Assembly (NCBI GenBank): GCA_000697335.1
Contig: JNEM01009956.1
Span: forward strand, 1 to 54,670
Source of the DNA: Conidiobolus incongruus B7586
Taxonomy: Eukaryota
Reading direction: 5' to 3'
DNA length: 54,670 bases
Shown: positions 36,444-49,913 of the stretch, piece after piece
How the letters are laid out: every line of letters starts with the position of its first letter
Position numbering within the stretch: the first letter of the stretch is position 1
Translations under genes and position numbers: made by a program
Notes under the pieces: model-generated
Seen by the model: only the letters and a program-made list of their open reading frames with translations
What the model was told of the DNA's origin: nothing
Database searches by the model: none

Positions 36444-37332
36444 ATGATTTCAAATGCTTTATAATAGAACCTTTAAAACATTATAAAATTATTTTAGCTT
36501 CTGGATCTTATAGAAGAAAGGAAATTTTAATTAGTTTGATAATTCACTACTAAAATTTATTAATTCAACCTATATCATAATATTGATAGTGAGTTGAATT
36601 TCAAATTATTAAAAGTAACTTTGAAGAGAATTTACCCTATGATCAATTTGAAAAACCTGAGCTTTATTGTGAGGAAACTGCTAAACAGAAATGCTTAGAA
36701 GTTTATCAAAGATTAATGGCATGTGAATATGGTCAATTATAACACTGTGATTAATTTGATAAATATTAGAGTGATGAACAATTAATTGAAGAAAACAGTT
36801 TAGCTGATGAAAAGGGATTGATTATTAGTGCCGATAGTATCGTTGTCAAAGACGTTAAAATTCTCGAAAAGCCTTTAAATGAACAAGATGCCCTTGATAA
36901 ATTATTGATGCTGAGAGGTTCTACACATCATGTCATCAGTTCCTTAGTTTTGATTCCTTTTGATCTGTCCAACCCTAGCCAAAATCCTGAAAATATTTTT
37001 ATGGATTTGGACAAAATAGAAGTTACTTTTTCTAATAAAATTTCTGAAGATGATCTTTGGACTTATATCTCTAACAAAGAACCTATGTAATTTAACTATA
37101 AATATATATTTAATCTTAAACATTTAAGAAGCTAAAAATTGACATAGGGATAAAGCTGGAGGCTATGGTTATCAAGGATTGGCCTCATTATTCATTCCCA
37201 AGATCAATCGATGCTACTTTAATGTTGTAAGTATATTAATTGTAATTGATTAATTCCAAATGTTTAAATGATCCTTTTTAGGTTGGATTCCCAATCCATA
37301 AATTTTATAACCTTTTCAAAAGTGTTTCCTAA
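36444..37332 (+). pseudogene. Maf/ASMTL-N family nucleoside triphosphate pyrophosphatase, apparently pseudogenised
   Basis: Maf motifs KIILASGS, SNFEE, ETAKQK, IISADSIVV..ILEKP, EPMDKAGGYGYQG and NVVGFP are present. ATG 36444 hits TAA after 6 codons and is out of frame, SPRR reads SYRR, the first donor is ATAATT instead of GT, and the second donor is GC. Confidence 0.72.
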
Positions 37333-37599
37333 AGATACCAATTAAATTATTATAGTATATATTTTTTAATAAATCATTTAGAAGCATTATAAAAGTCATT
37401 CTATATTTTCAAATCATAACACAAATAAGTTTTTCAATTTTCAATATTTGATCCCATAATTACAATGAAAATTAAACTATCATAAATCCAGTCGATGAGA
37501 GGTTAAATGTTTTGACAATTAGTTAATAAATCAATTTTGATACAGACAAAAGAGCAGCATTTTCAAGATAAATAACGTTAAATACATCAATAATACAAC

Positions 37600-39180
37600 A
37601 TGTTAATGAAAAACCAATATTTTAATAGCTTGAAGTATAACCTATTAAAGTTTAATAACATTAAACCATTTAATAGAAGTTATCATTTAAAACATTATAT
37701 TTCCAATACTGAAACTAATTCCATTGAAAGTAACTTCAAGGACTTGTATGAACAAACTAAAGATGAAAATTTTAATTTTGGCTATTTATTAATTGGAAAT
37801 GGCTATAATCAATCTGAATTGGACCGAGTACCTAACTTATTTAAATCGTTATTACCAAATATCAAATTTCAAATTGGTTTAGTAGTGGATAAAATTGGAT
37901 TAAGCCATTCTAATACATTTAACAAGGGGATTCGATTAATTACTGGAAAAAAGGAGACTGAAAATGAAATAAGCGCTTATCCCTTTTATTTTTTCTCGTC
38001 TGATGCCAAAAAGGTAGATCAAGTTACCGTCGGAAGATGGTTAACCTCTAAGGATGATAGATCTCAACCTAAATGGAATCGCTCTGATGACATTCTCCAC
38101 TCTGTTTCTCAGCCCACCAACCATGTCGCCTTGCCTCAGCAGCTTTTGGATGTTGGTAGTCAATATGAGTAAGCACCTAATTTCAGCTATATCTATTTTA
38201 TATTCCTAATCAATATATTGATATTAGACCAGGCTCCACTCTTTTATTAGGAACTGATGGTTACCCTGATCAATATTTAGAAGCCATTTCAAACAATCTG
38301 CCACATTTAAAGATAGTAAATTCATTATTTAATATAGTATACTATAGGATATTAAATTAATAAAATAGGTTGGATTGAGTGGTGGACCTACTCCATTTAT
38401 CAATGGTAAAGCTACATCCTTAATTTATAATGGAAAAATCAATGAAGAAGGCATTATTGGAGTGATTTTACCTCCTAATACAAATATCAAAACCAAATTG
38501 GTCTATCCTCAAATTCAATCATTGGGAGAGCCATTAACAATTACTAAGTAATTTAATCATTGTATCAATATATTATTATATATGATAACCATTTGATGAT
38601 AGAGCTAGAGGAAACATCATTCTAGAAATGAACAATTCCAATGCAACTCAGCATCTACTGAAATTTTTGCAAATGACTAATATTCCAAGCAGCCAATATA
38701 AACATATGGACTTTTTCATAGGTCTATTGCCCAACGACTATAGTGAATCAACTCAAGTAACCTATACTTTATCATTATTTATTCACTATCTAACATTAAC
38801 AATTTTAGGATATTTCCATTTATAGAATCCAAAGTGGCAGTCCTACTAAGGGTACAATGGCCATTGATACTATTAGAGATATTGAACTCAATCAAAAGAT
38901 CCAGTTTTACTACATTCCAAATATTCAACCTAATACTTTAGAAAAACATAATGGTAAAATCAAATATGTAAGGAAATATAATTAAATTAATTATTTGTTA
39001 TTAGATACTCAATCCAATATAAATAACAATGAATCTAAATTCAGTTGGATTGTTCCTTCCAAAGAGTATGAAATGGAAACAGGTTCGAATGTGACTTCTG
39101 AAAATGGGATCGTATACTCAACAAAACCTTATTTTACAAAGATTTCATTACCTGGAACTAGAATTGAATTTGAATTTTAA
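37600..39180 (+). CDS. Fungal FIST-domain-like protein, probably mitochondrial, multi-exon
   Basis: Basic presequence-like N-terminus, motifs IGLVVDKI, QVTVGRW, VGLSGGPTPFING, ITKARGNIILEMNNSNAT and GSPTKGTMAIDT. Family assigned from recalled motifs only. Confidence 0.65.
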
Positions 39181-41328
39181 ACTAATTAAAAAATTTAAAT
39201 ACTATTAGTTTATTAACATTTTTATTATTGAATATTCTTTTATCAATTTAATAATATTACTTGAAAAATAATTGATAAATAATCAGAATATCATATAACA
39301 GTTTAAATTATATAGTATCGATAATTTACAGTAATCAAAATTATTATTAATCACAATATATTGGTATTAAAATTGTATATTATTTAGTAATATAACCTTT
39401 TTATTATATTTATAATTATAGAATGAATCATTATAATAAACCTTCATAATATATATGAACAAAATCAATACCCAATTCAAGTGATATTTTATTAACGCAC
39501 TTCTTGAGAAATAGAATGACACGCTCCATTTTCAATGATCTTGGATTTTGACCCCAGCTTCTATAATTAAAAATCAACTAAAATTGAATTAATAATAAAA
39601 ATTAATAAAGTAATTTTTAAATAAGAAAATATAATTTTAATTAAAATATATGGTCACATGAAAAACATTATCAAATTTTATTTGATGAATTTTTCACTAA
39701 TGAATTCATTTTATCAACAATATTAATTATAAACAATTTATACCCTTATTTTATTATTAATATTAATAATTATAGATTAATATATAATTGTTTTGAATAT
39801 CAATTTAATTTTGAATGTTTATTGTTAACTTTTATAGAAATCATGTTCCAACTAATTGGTTGTGCTATTTGACAATTAATTCATTGAAAATAATATGAAA
39901 ATCTATTCAATATTATAATAAGATAAATGTTGAAAATAGAAAATTTATTATGAAAAAGGAATAGAAATGGTCACTAATATTTAGTCAAGTTGAATGAATT
40001 AATGCTCAATTAATAAAATGGAAAATGAATTTAATCGAAGGGACTGTTCGAAACTAACTGCGCAAAATTTATCATACCCTTTAAAAATGATTTTCTCACT
40101 GTGGATAATATGAATCGAAATTTTTCAACAAATTCACTCAATTATTGAATTTCTAAATATAGTATTTTATAGAGCATTTAATTTCGAATCAATACAGTCA
40201 GACAGGGTAATATGTATATACTATGTTAAAGATAATATAATTAGAAATAACCCAATTTGATATATTAATATTAAAATAAATTTTTATTAATTATAAATAA
40301 AACATAAATTTTAACACTATATTCAAATTATTTTTATTATTTTATTATTTTATCAAATATCCTTGTCAAGTAATTCACATTTCCAAATAAGGAAAAGTGT
40401 CAATCTTATTGACTATTACTCATTAGATTAAAAATCTGGTGATAATTTCCACGAGCAAGAAGAATTGCGCAAGTACATTTAGTAATTGTAATGATAAAGT
40501 TAGATAAATTACTGAGGTTGATGATGTATACTAGTCTAGAAAAATCATATGTTCACTAAATCCAAATTGATATCTCGGTTACTATTTTAAACAATTTCTA
40601 ATTATATTCATTTTTTAAAATCATGATCCCGATATTTTGACAGTTAACCAATAACTATTGAATATAGAATTATAACATTAAATTTTAAATGATATAACAG
40701 ATGAAGCAATTAATTGTGAAAATAAGTAATAAACACATTGCTATGAATAATATTGTATATTATGTGAATTGAAATGAAACTATGTTTTGGAATGGCAAGG
40801 TTTTAATTTATTTGGCATATCATAACTCACCACTGGTTACAATATGATATTATTGAACACATATTATTATCAGAATAAATAATCAATGTTATTATACAAT
40901 CGATCAAAGTTAATTTATCCATTGTATGATAGTGCAATAATGGTAAAGCCAAAATATACTTATCTAATAAAATATAAAAATGGCACAATATATTGAAAAT
41001 TCATGGAATTATTCTAGAAACTTGTAAAGATTTCTGCAACACTATACTAAATCATTCGCCACTACAAATATATCTTGTAATTAAGGTATTGAGGACAGAA
41101 TAATGAATAACAATTATTTATGACAATTCTATGAATATCAATTGCTAAATACTGTTTGAATAATAATTGTAAAAAATTGATATTTTATAATAAATATTGT
41201 AAATAACATTTTATTGCATTAAATATTGTTTATATAACATTTTTGTTGAATTCTAAATATTAAAACTAAACATAGTTTATTTATTAATTAGTAATTAATC
41301 TAAATAAAAGGATTGGTTATTTATATAC

Positions 41329-41720
41329 TGTATTCAAGTAGACTAGTATTAGCCTCTTTTGGATCACTCCCCTTTGACAAAATAGCGAAGTTCATATTTA
41401 TTAGACATACAATAAGTATCTGAGATAAACTTGAAAAATTAAACCGACAATTCAGGGGTGAGAGGTTGTGGTTTTACATTAAGCAAGGCGTCTGATATAC
41501 ATTGCTTAAAAGTATTTGTGTCACATGAGGACATTCTTTATTTATCTGTTCCACCCACCTATTCTTCTTTGAAAAGATTTTCAGGAATTGCATTCTGAAG
41601 TCATCTATTACAAATAAGGAAATTGAGGCTTCTCATATGAAGTGAATAAAGATTTCAAAACTCTAAATTCCTTATCCCTTTAGACCCCTACGTTTGAACT
41701 AGCCCATTTATACCAATACA
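41329..41720 (+). mobile_element. Possible old solo LTR (392 bp), no TSD
   Basis: Moderately GC-richer island bounded by TGTATT...AATACA with AATAAA near 41645. The flanks do not match. Confidence 0.4.
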
Positions 41721-42233
41721 AAATTCTTAATGTTGATATTTAAATGAGAGCGTTGATATTTTTTATTAATAAAAGTTTAGTTTCAAAGCTCATCCAGCTT
41801 TTTTGGTTAATTTTCATAAGCAATATCAATTCATCCAACAATTGGACAGCTGCTTGAATCTAAATGATGGTAAAGCATTTGATTGGCCAGTTTATTGATC
41901 AAATCTAAAACCAAAAATTTGCTCCTTTGAGTAATATGCTACATTATTGGATGAGATTTTCATAATTAGCCAATAAACAATCGTGAAAATTATCCTAATT
42001 AGGAAAGCTTAGAAAATCGAGTTAGTTGGGTTGAAAGAGTCAAAATAATGGAGTTGTGGGTTTATAAAAGCTTTCTTTCTCCTGTTTCGAATGAACTCAG
42101 TTATATTTTCCTATTCTCTTGTAAATTATTACACTTTTTTTAGTTTATACCACACAGATATTTCCTTATCCTACCTATTCACAGATACCTAATCCACTAC
42201 CTCTTTAAAATTACTTTTGCTTAATATACTTTC

Positions 42234-42878
42234 ATGTCTTATTATCACCAAGCTATACTTAATTCACCAAAGCAGAATAAACATATCTCAACTGCCAAAA
42301 CAAGGACTTACCGTTCTAATAATCACCATGCAGTTAACCAAAATAACCGTCACAAAAAAGCTCAGTCGGATACGGAATCGAATTATCCTAATTCCAACAA
42401 GAGCACTTTCATGACCTATAATAACAAACCCACCTTTGCTTCAAAGCCTTTTTCCAAATTCTCTCCCCCTATGCCTCCTTCCTTCAATGCCCCCCACACT
42501 CCTTCCCCTCTACGTCTCTCAGGAAGCCCTCCTAGCCATCCATTTAAGTCCCCTGCTTATGCTGGACCGCAGTTTAATCAGTCCCCCAATCCTCAAGTAC
42601 TTCCTAATCCCTCTAGCTTTTTTTCCCTTTCTCCTTCCGTTACTGATGACAGCGATATGCTTCGTGAAAAGTCATCTCAGTTGCTCTCCCTTCTATCTAC
42701 TCCTAAAAGTAAATCTAGCACTCCGACTTATCAAAGTCAATCTTCGACATCATTTTTTGATCCCACTTGTGCACAAGATGCGCTAACAACTAGTACTAAC
42801 AATTCTACTAATCGCTGGTCTTTTCCTGCTCCCAGCCCGGTGGTGAACCAACGCAACGCCAGAGTTAGCCCCATTTAA
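42234..42878 (+). CDS. Disordered protein with PNRC/Edc1-type decapping activator motif
   Basis: YAGPQFNQSPNPQVLPNP matches the YAGxxF..sP.p..LPxP motif of PNRC1/2 and fungal Edc1. TATAAAAG lies upstream at ~42063. Confidence 0.8.
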   Translation: MSYYHQAILNSPKQNKHISTAKTRTYRSNNHHAVNQNNRHKKAQSDTESNYPNSNKSTFMTYNNKPTFASKPFSKFSPPMPPSFNAPHTPSPLRLSGSPPSHPFKSPAYAGPQFNQSPNPQVLPNPSSFFSLSPSVTDDSDMLREKSSQLLSLLSTPKSKSSTPTYQSQSSTSFFDPTCAQDALTTSTNNSTNRWSFPAPSPVVNQRNARVSPI

Positions 42879-45800
42879 AGATGTTTATTTGACCCAGTCT
42901 TAATTAGTTTTATTTTGTAGTATATGTAGAATTAATTGGAGTTAAATAAATTTATTTAATGACCTGGTTTACCCACAATCATAAATTTAGCCACATTTGA
43001 TACACATCTCCTATTAATTCAAACGGTTTAATAACTGATATGATTCAAAACTCCAATTAAGTTAAAATTTAACTTTCATATTGTTTGTTATAATTGTAGT
43101 TAGGAAAATAGTGAATTACACTATTAACCAATTCAATAATTTATTTGGATAAATTTCAACAGATTTCTTAGATATCTATCATATGTGGTTTTAAGGAGAT
43201 AATGTTGCTGATTATCTGGGTCAAATAATACTATAATCCTAATTAGATTCATGAATTTAATCTTATAACTACAATATAAGGGATAAAAATGGAATGAGAA
43301 TGGCGGGTCATATCATCATATTATTTTGGTAGTAGAGTGAGTTAATGAGTGCTACTTTGCTAAATTTTTTCAGCAATTCAAGCATTCTTAGATGGATCTG
43401 TGATATTAGATTTTTGTATTATAGACTTTATCATGCTTTAGGCAATGAGGAAATTTACAGCATATCAATTTCGATATTGACAATATAATTTATAACTATA
43501 ATCTATATCAATATATAGGGATATGCTGTATTTAGCTCTTGTTTGATAATTTACTCTCTTAATTGATTTTACTCATATTACTTGAACCAGGATTAAAGAA
43601 TTAAAGAGTTCGTTTCAAAATTTAGTTGTTAGTTTAAATGATGATTAGAAATTATGAATACAATATCTTATGATATTGTGTAATTTCTTCATCAGTTAAA
43701 CTAGAATTAAATATTTTGAATGAATATAAAATCAATAAATTTCAAATTGTTTTGATAGGAAATTTTGTAAAGAATATTTAGCTTCTTACTTATTTTAAAT
43801 CGTACATAAAATTTACATTATGTGCAATTAGTATATAATAAAATGACCTTATGAGAATTTTATACTATATACATTATTCAACAGTTAATTGTATTTTGTG
43901 TTTATTTCAAATTCAGAAGCCTCGTAAAAGTCATCAGAATCAAAAGAAACTGTTTTCAAAATTCATTGAATTCAACAAAATGCACGTCATAAGCTCAACA
44001 AAAGCTGTGAATTTCTAGAATTCAATACAGGAATGAACTTATTTCTAATCTAATTTTTTCTGCCCTGAACATAGTTCATTCGAGTTTATGTTTTCGAAAG
44101 AGTACTAGACTCCATCATTCTTATTGGGGTTGAATGAATTTTTGATGTCATTTTATTTGTTTTAATGTTTTATTTTTAATTATTTGAAAAAATATATGAA
44201 ATCAACATTAATGTAATCATAATAAACACAAAAATGATCTATATTTTTTGAATAATAATTGAATTATCAAATTCTTTGATTTTTAATATCAATTTTGGTA
44301 TAGTGGATTCGGAATATATATCTAATTTCTAATATTATTAAATAGATCATAATAAATTATTTAATCCCCATATTTGTTATTCATAATATTAAATAGAAAT
44401 ATATATATAATAGATCGGATATTTAATATTTGCGATCCTATCATAACAATTATTTCATCCAAAATTTTATAATCTAATTAACCGATCCGATTTAGTTCTT
44501 ACTGATATTTTGGAAAACTTTATCAAGCTTTTAATATTGAACTGCAGCTTCATTTTTCAACCAGGAAAGTACATGTTAGTTTGTTCATTGATAGCTTTCA
44601 TAAGTATAACTTAAATAATTAGAAAACATTGTGTATCTTTTTCATATCTTAAAAATTACATTTAAACTTATAATATATTTACCAGTTATAATTGTAAAAT
44701 ATTTAGACTATAATGATATATTTGTTTTAATAATCTATGAAATCAAAAGCTTGGTAATTCATTTATATTATAAGCTAATTAATATCATAGTAGTTGATAG
44801 TTGAATGATCTAACATTGCTATACCTAATTATTATTTTTTAGAACTAAATCCTCAAATTCGTTGAATTAATATTTTAATATATTACTTATTATTTAAGCA
44901 TATAAAAATGTTCTAAAAATATACTATTATCTAAATAAATATGAACTTAATCATCAGTTTCTACTATCTTTGAATATTAAACTAATAACAAATGCTATTT
45001 CAAGCATTGACAATGTTTTCAATTCAAATTCAAAAAAGAGAGTATATTCATAATTAATTTAATATTTTTTATCAATACTCATTTTTGATATCATGGTAAC
45101 TTGAATATTTATGATTTATTTTATCAAAATATTATATATTTTTTATATAATTTTAATGGAATATTAATTAAAAGATATTGAATTTAGTTATTCAATCTGT
45201 TAATAACGAATATCAAAGCATGTAATATGAAATATGTTTTATTAAATAACATATATATAACTTAATTAATGGAATACAAAGCCGGTATTAATCAAGTTGT
45301 GGAATTTATATAATGCTATTAATACATTGAATGTATTTTGATGAGATAGGCATGGCTATCGATATTTTGAATATTGATTGTACTTAAAAATCTCGACTAT
45401 TTATTATTGTAATACAAAATAAATTCTATAGTATTATGACTCATAGTTATTGTATCCTATCTTTAAATTGTCAATCCTTACATTCATCATATTATCAAAT
45501 AGAAGTGTTTAATGTTTTCTACAATTTAATATTTGCTGATATTTTGCAAATATTATTTAAGTTTAGTTAGGAATATTATTTTATAATGTGTCAATTGAGT
45601 CTATTAATTTTAACACTATTTATTTATTTATTGGTTGAACAGTTGATTAGCAATATATTAAAAATAAGAATATTTCAATTATTTTAAATATCAATTTTTA
45701 ATTTGCATAGCACATTTAATAAGTTTATGAATGAGATTTAATTTTGAATCTATTGGTTAAGATGCTCCCATAACAGGGAATGGGATGATTTATTATCAAT

Positions 45801-45896
45801 AATACTAAGATTCATATAAAACTTAATAGATTATGAATATTCCAATGCAATAGCCTTTGTCCACAATAATTAATTTCAATCTAATAATTTGATTTA

Positions 45897-48235
45897 ATGA
45901 GCTATCCAAAAGCTATACTATCTCAATTAACAGATTTAGACGACAATGAATTAGACGAACAGGCTGGAGTTTTTAATTATACAAAAAAGAGTGCCCCATC
46001 CTCTCCAAAAGCCTTTTTTAATCCGGCTGCCGTATTTCTAGATATTCCTGACTATAGAGAATCTGTTGACCCTTCAAAAAGATTTGTGAATAATTTAGGC
46101 TTATCAGATAATGAATCCAGAGCTACCCCTTTAGTTACACCAGAAGAGACTGGGACTCCTTCAGAGTATCCTAAGCCCAAATTTAAAAAACCCACTCATT
46201 CAAAACCCAACCAGTCTCAACCTTCCGAGCGAACACTAGAGGTTGAAACTTCCCAATTTGAAGAAGGAAATGATACATCTGTAATTTAATTTATTTATAA
46301 TTAATTTATAACGATTTGAATACATTTCTATTTAGGGTAAAGTCAGACCTCCAAGTCGAAACAGAAATAGGCCTGCTGTAAAAAATCACCGAATGTCACA
46401 GCTTAAGCCCTCTTTTTCGGGAGGAAAGTATCAAAATTCTCGTTCGAGAAATGATACTGATTCTGAAGATGATGGTTCTCCAGACCAAGAAGAGTTCATG
46501 TATCGAGGTGGAACACCCAGAGCTAGTAAACCAAGCAGTCCATCTCAAGATTATCGGGATTATTTTAGTAGACGCGATGATGGTTATGGTGATACTGAAG
46601 ATAGTGAAGGATATTACTCCTCGCAACATTATAATTATTATCAACCAAGCCATAAACAAAAAACTTATAAGAAGCAACTTAAAAACAAAAATTTAAATCA
46701 TGTATCAGTACCAATGGGCTTCCCAGATTCAAGCTCACAGAATCCAAATGTTAACTTGTATTATTCAAATCGCCGAAATCCTCCAAAATTTTCAAGCGAT
46801 GAGACATCTTATAAATGGTCCCGATATAGGTCAAATCACCAGCCTACTCTTTCTTTCCAACCTAATAACGGATATCGGGTATTTTCCAATCAAGCGTTTT
46901 TGAATGATTGGGATTCAGACGATGAGCAAATGCCATTATTTTGGAATATGCCTCAAAGACATGGATATACTAGATATCATCACCAGAAAGGAATATTGGC
47001 CGATCTTTCGATTTCCTTGTTACTATTTATTATCGTAATTGGCTCCCTTACGCTGGCCTTTTTCTCGGTTTCAACAGTCCCATTAACTGATTTACAAGTT
47101 GTGAATATTAATGGTATTATTGCTTCAGAAAAGGACTTGACTTTTAATCTACATCTAAAAGCTACCAATTGGAATATATTTGCTATCACAGTTTCTGAGC
47201 CAATTCTTTATATCCATGCCACACCTATCAAACCAAAATTACCACCTCCTACTTCTGATCCTCCGAAAGAACCTGAGCCAACGTCTACAAATCCTCCTGA
47301 ACCAACGAAGACCGAGCATCCTAACCCTACTGATACAAAAGATCCACAACCAGAACCCACCACTACAGACCCCAAGCCTACTAAAACAGACGAACCTGAA
47401 CCGACTACTACCAAGGACCCTAATCCCACTAGCACAACTGAGCCTAAACCTACCTCCACTGAAAATCCAAAGCCTACCAAAACAAAAGTTCCTGAACCTA
47501 CAACTACTAATGATTCTATTCCCCCCAATCCAAAGGTTCCTCAGCCTACATCTCCTGAAGAGCCCAATCCCACTGCTACAACTAAAACTAGCACTGAAAC
47601 TACGGCACCAGATTCACCAACCACTACCACTTCCAAAAAATATCCCCCTACTAAGACAAATCCAGATACTACTAAGCCGCCTCTTCCTACTGAACACTCA
47701 GAAACAATTCCAAATCCATCTAAATTACCAACTATGATCAACCAACCATCAAGTTCTAACGACAGTTTAGATTTTAATCAAATTTTTCATTTTACAATTG
47801 ATGGAGGTAAGATAAAATATATTGCCAATAGTTTACCAACGCATAACCTATATTTAGCACCAATTCCAGAACTATTGGGAGAAGTACGCAAGTTCGATAC
47901 TCCTTTAGTGTTTTCAGGTGGGTTATTTAATCGAGGAAAGGAGAAATCTGCCAATGTTCTCATAAGGATTAGTATCCCATCAGATGGAAAAGATTCAAAC
48001 GTTACATCCAAATGGTAAGCAAATGATACTATACTTTAAAATATCATACTAACCATATATATATTTAATTAGGCCATCTATTATGAAGGGTATTTATGAC
48101 TTACAAGTCATGGGAACCATCCAGTATAAGATGCTCTTTTCAAGTGATGCTCAGACAATCTGTGCTATTCAAAGAATTAAAGGTAGTCAAATCGATCCCA
48201 AATCCGATTTAATAATTTGTTCACAAGATAATTAA
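45897..48235 (+). CDS. VAC7: Vac7-like vacuolar membrane regulator of Fab1 (3 exons)
   Basis: Long disordered N-terminus and a single TM, followed by PLTDLQVVNINGIIASEKDLTFNLHLKATNWN, LLGEVRKFDTPLVFSGG and YDLQVMGTIQY, which resemble the Vac7 luminal domain. Confidence 0.75.
47240..47730 (+). repeat. Coding Pro/Thr-rich imperfect repeats (P-K/E/N-P-T-x-T)
   Basis: Units such as PEPTST, PEPTKT, PKPTKT, PEPTTT and PNPTST within the Vac7-like ORF. Confidence 0.85.
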
Positions 48236-49913
48236 TTTTTTGTAAATTCAATAAAACTCATTTTAATTTATTATATTAGTTAGTCTCTAATTATTTATAT
48301 TATCTATATATTGAATTATATAGACATTAAAGCTGTATTTTGAATGTTGAAAACATTTTGATATTATTCGTTTGCTTGATAATATAAGCACATACCGAAC
48401 ATATTATTGATATGATTAGCGTAATATACTCTCTTTAAATAACGAAGCAAACCAACAATGTATGATCATTAAATAAAATTATTCAAATTAGTTTTGAATT
48501 CTAGATATTAATCGTTTATATAGTATTTAATCTAAGTTTTAAAATGATGACCCAATGTAAAACTTGATAGTATACACAAAATTATTAAATATTATTTTAT
48601 ACTTAATAATATTTGATTCATACATCCTTAAATATTTGAATTTTTATGAAATATTAGTATTTAAGGAATTGCATCAAGATGATGGTTTATCCTAATCACC
48701 ATTAAGTGATTAATATGCTTTGCATAATTTTAATTCTTTCCTCAAGTTATGAAAGGTTGAGTAATATTTATGATCTTCAGTTTTTTATTTGCACACAAAT
48801 CAAAAATATTTTCAATATAAAATTTCATCTTGATAATTTTAAAATTATTAATCTTTATTGGAAAATATAATTTTAATTTTTATAACATAATCAATTATAA
48901 TCCGTGAATATATTTTAAAAATATTAAATATTCTTATTATTTTGATTTTAATGCATTGAAAAGCATATTGGCTAATAGTGATATTATATACTGATTGATT
49001 AAAATATCAAAAGGAAATTAACCAATGATGTATCAGATAATGAGTAATATGATTATTTGATTATTTTTATAGTATCCAGTCATATGTAATTAAGAGTAAT
49101 ATCCTTGCTATTTTTTTAAAAAATCCTAAATAATAATTTATTATAAAAAATGGTCACAATGAGTTTAAAATAATCATTTTTTTAAATTAGTACTATACTT
49201 TGACAAAACAGTATTTGATATAACCTTTAAAATCAATAGTATTGATTTTTTTCAAATTGATCCAACTTTTTAATCGCAACTTTTTCATGTATAATAACCG
49301 ATAAATGATTATAATTTAATTGAATATTAACTTTGAATACAAATATTGTAATTATATTCAACACTTTTAAAATCATATTTAATGCTAGTAAAGTAATTAT
49401 GATTTTTATGATTTAATTATTCATTATAATGATTAAATAATAAATAATTGATTATCAATTTTGATTAATAAGCGAATATTAAAATATTATTAAATGTAAG
49501 TAAACTTAGATAATTGAAATTATTTCATAATATATCATAATATTAATCAATTATTACATTATTTCAATATCTTTAAAATACCTATATACATATATATATT
49601 TAATATTAGCTGAGAAGATAAATAAATATTTAATCAATTTCCATACTCAATGTGAACGAAAATTTAATAAATTTGTTTATTAAATTAATATCATGGGATA
49701 ATTTGTTAGATTAATAATAGGTCTCCACACTATCTTCTCTTATACTGTTTTTATTAAATAACATATACAACTGCATAATATATCAATTTTGAAATAGTTC
49801 TAAAATTATTATATTCAAAAAATATTATTGTAAGCCGGGGATATAATTACCACATTATAATACATATTGCTAATATAACATAATTAAGTTTGAAATCTTT
49901 CCCCACGTTTCCA

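Noticed and set aside
36539..36589. U12-type (AT-AC) intron in the Maf gene
   Set aside because: It begins ATAATT, not ATATCCT, and ends AG. It is better read as a mutated GT donor.
46396..48011. Multiple overlapping alternative-frame and antisense ORFs (Val/Gly-rich)
   Set aside because: By-products of Pro/Thr repeat codons in the Vac7-like CDS.
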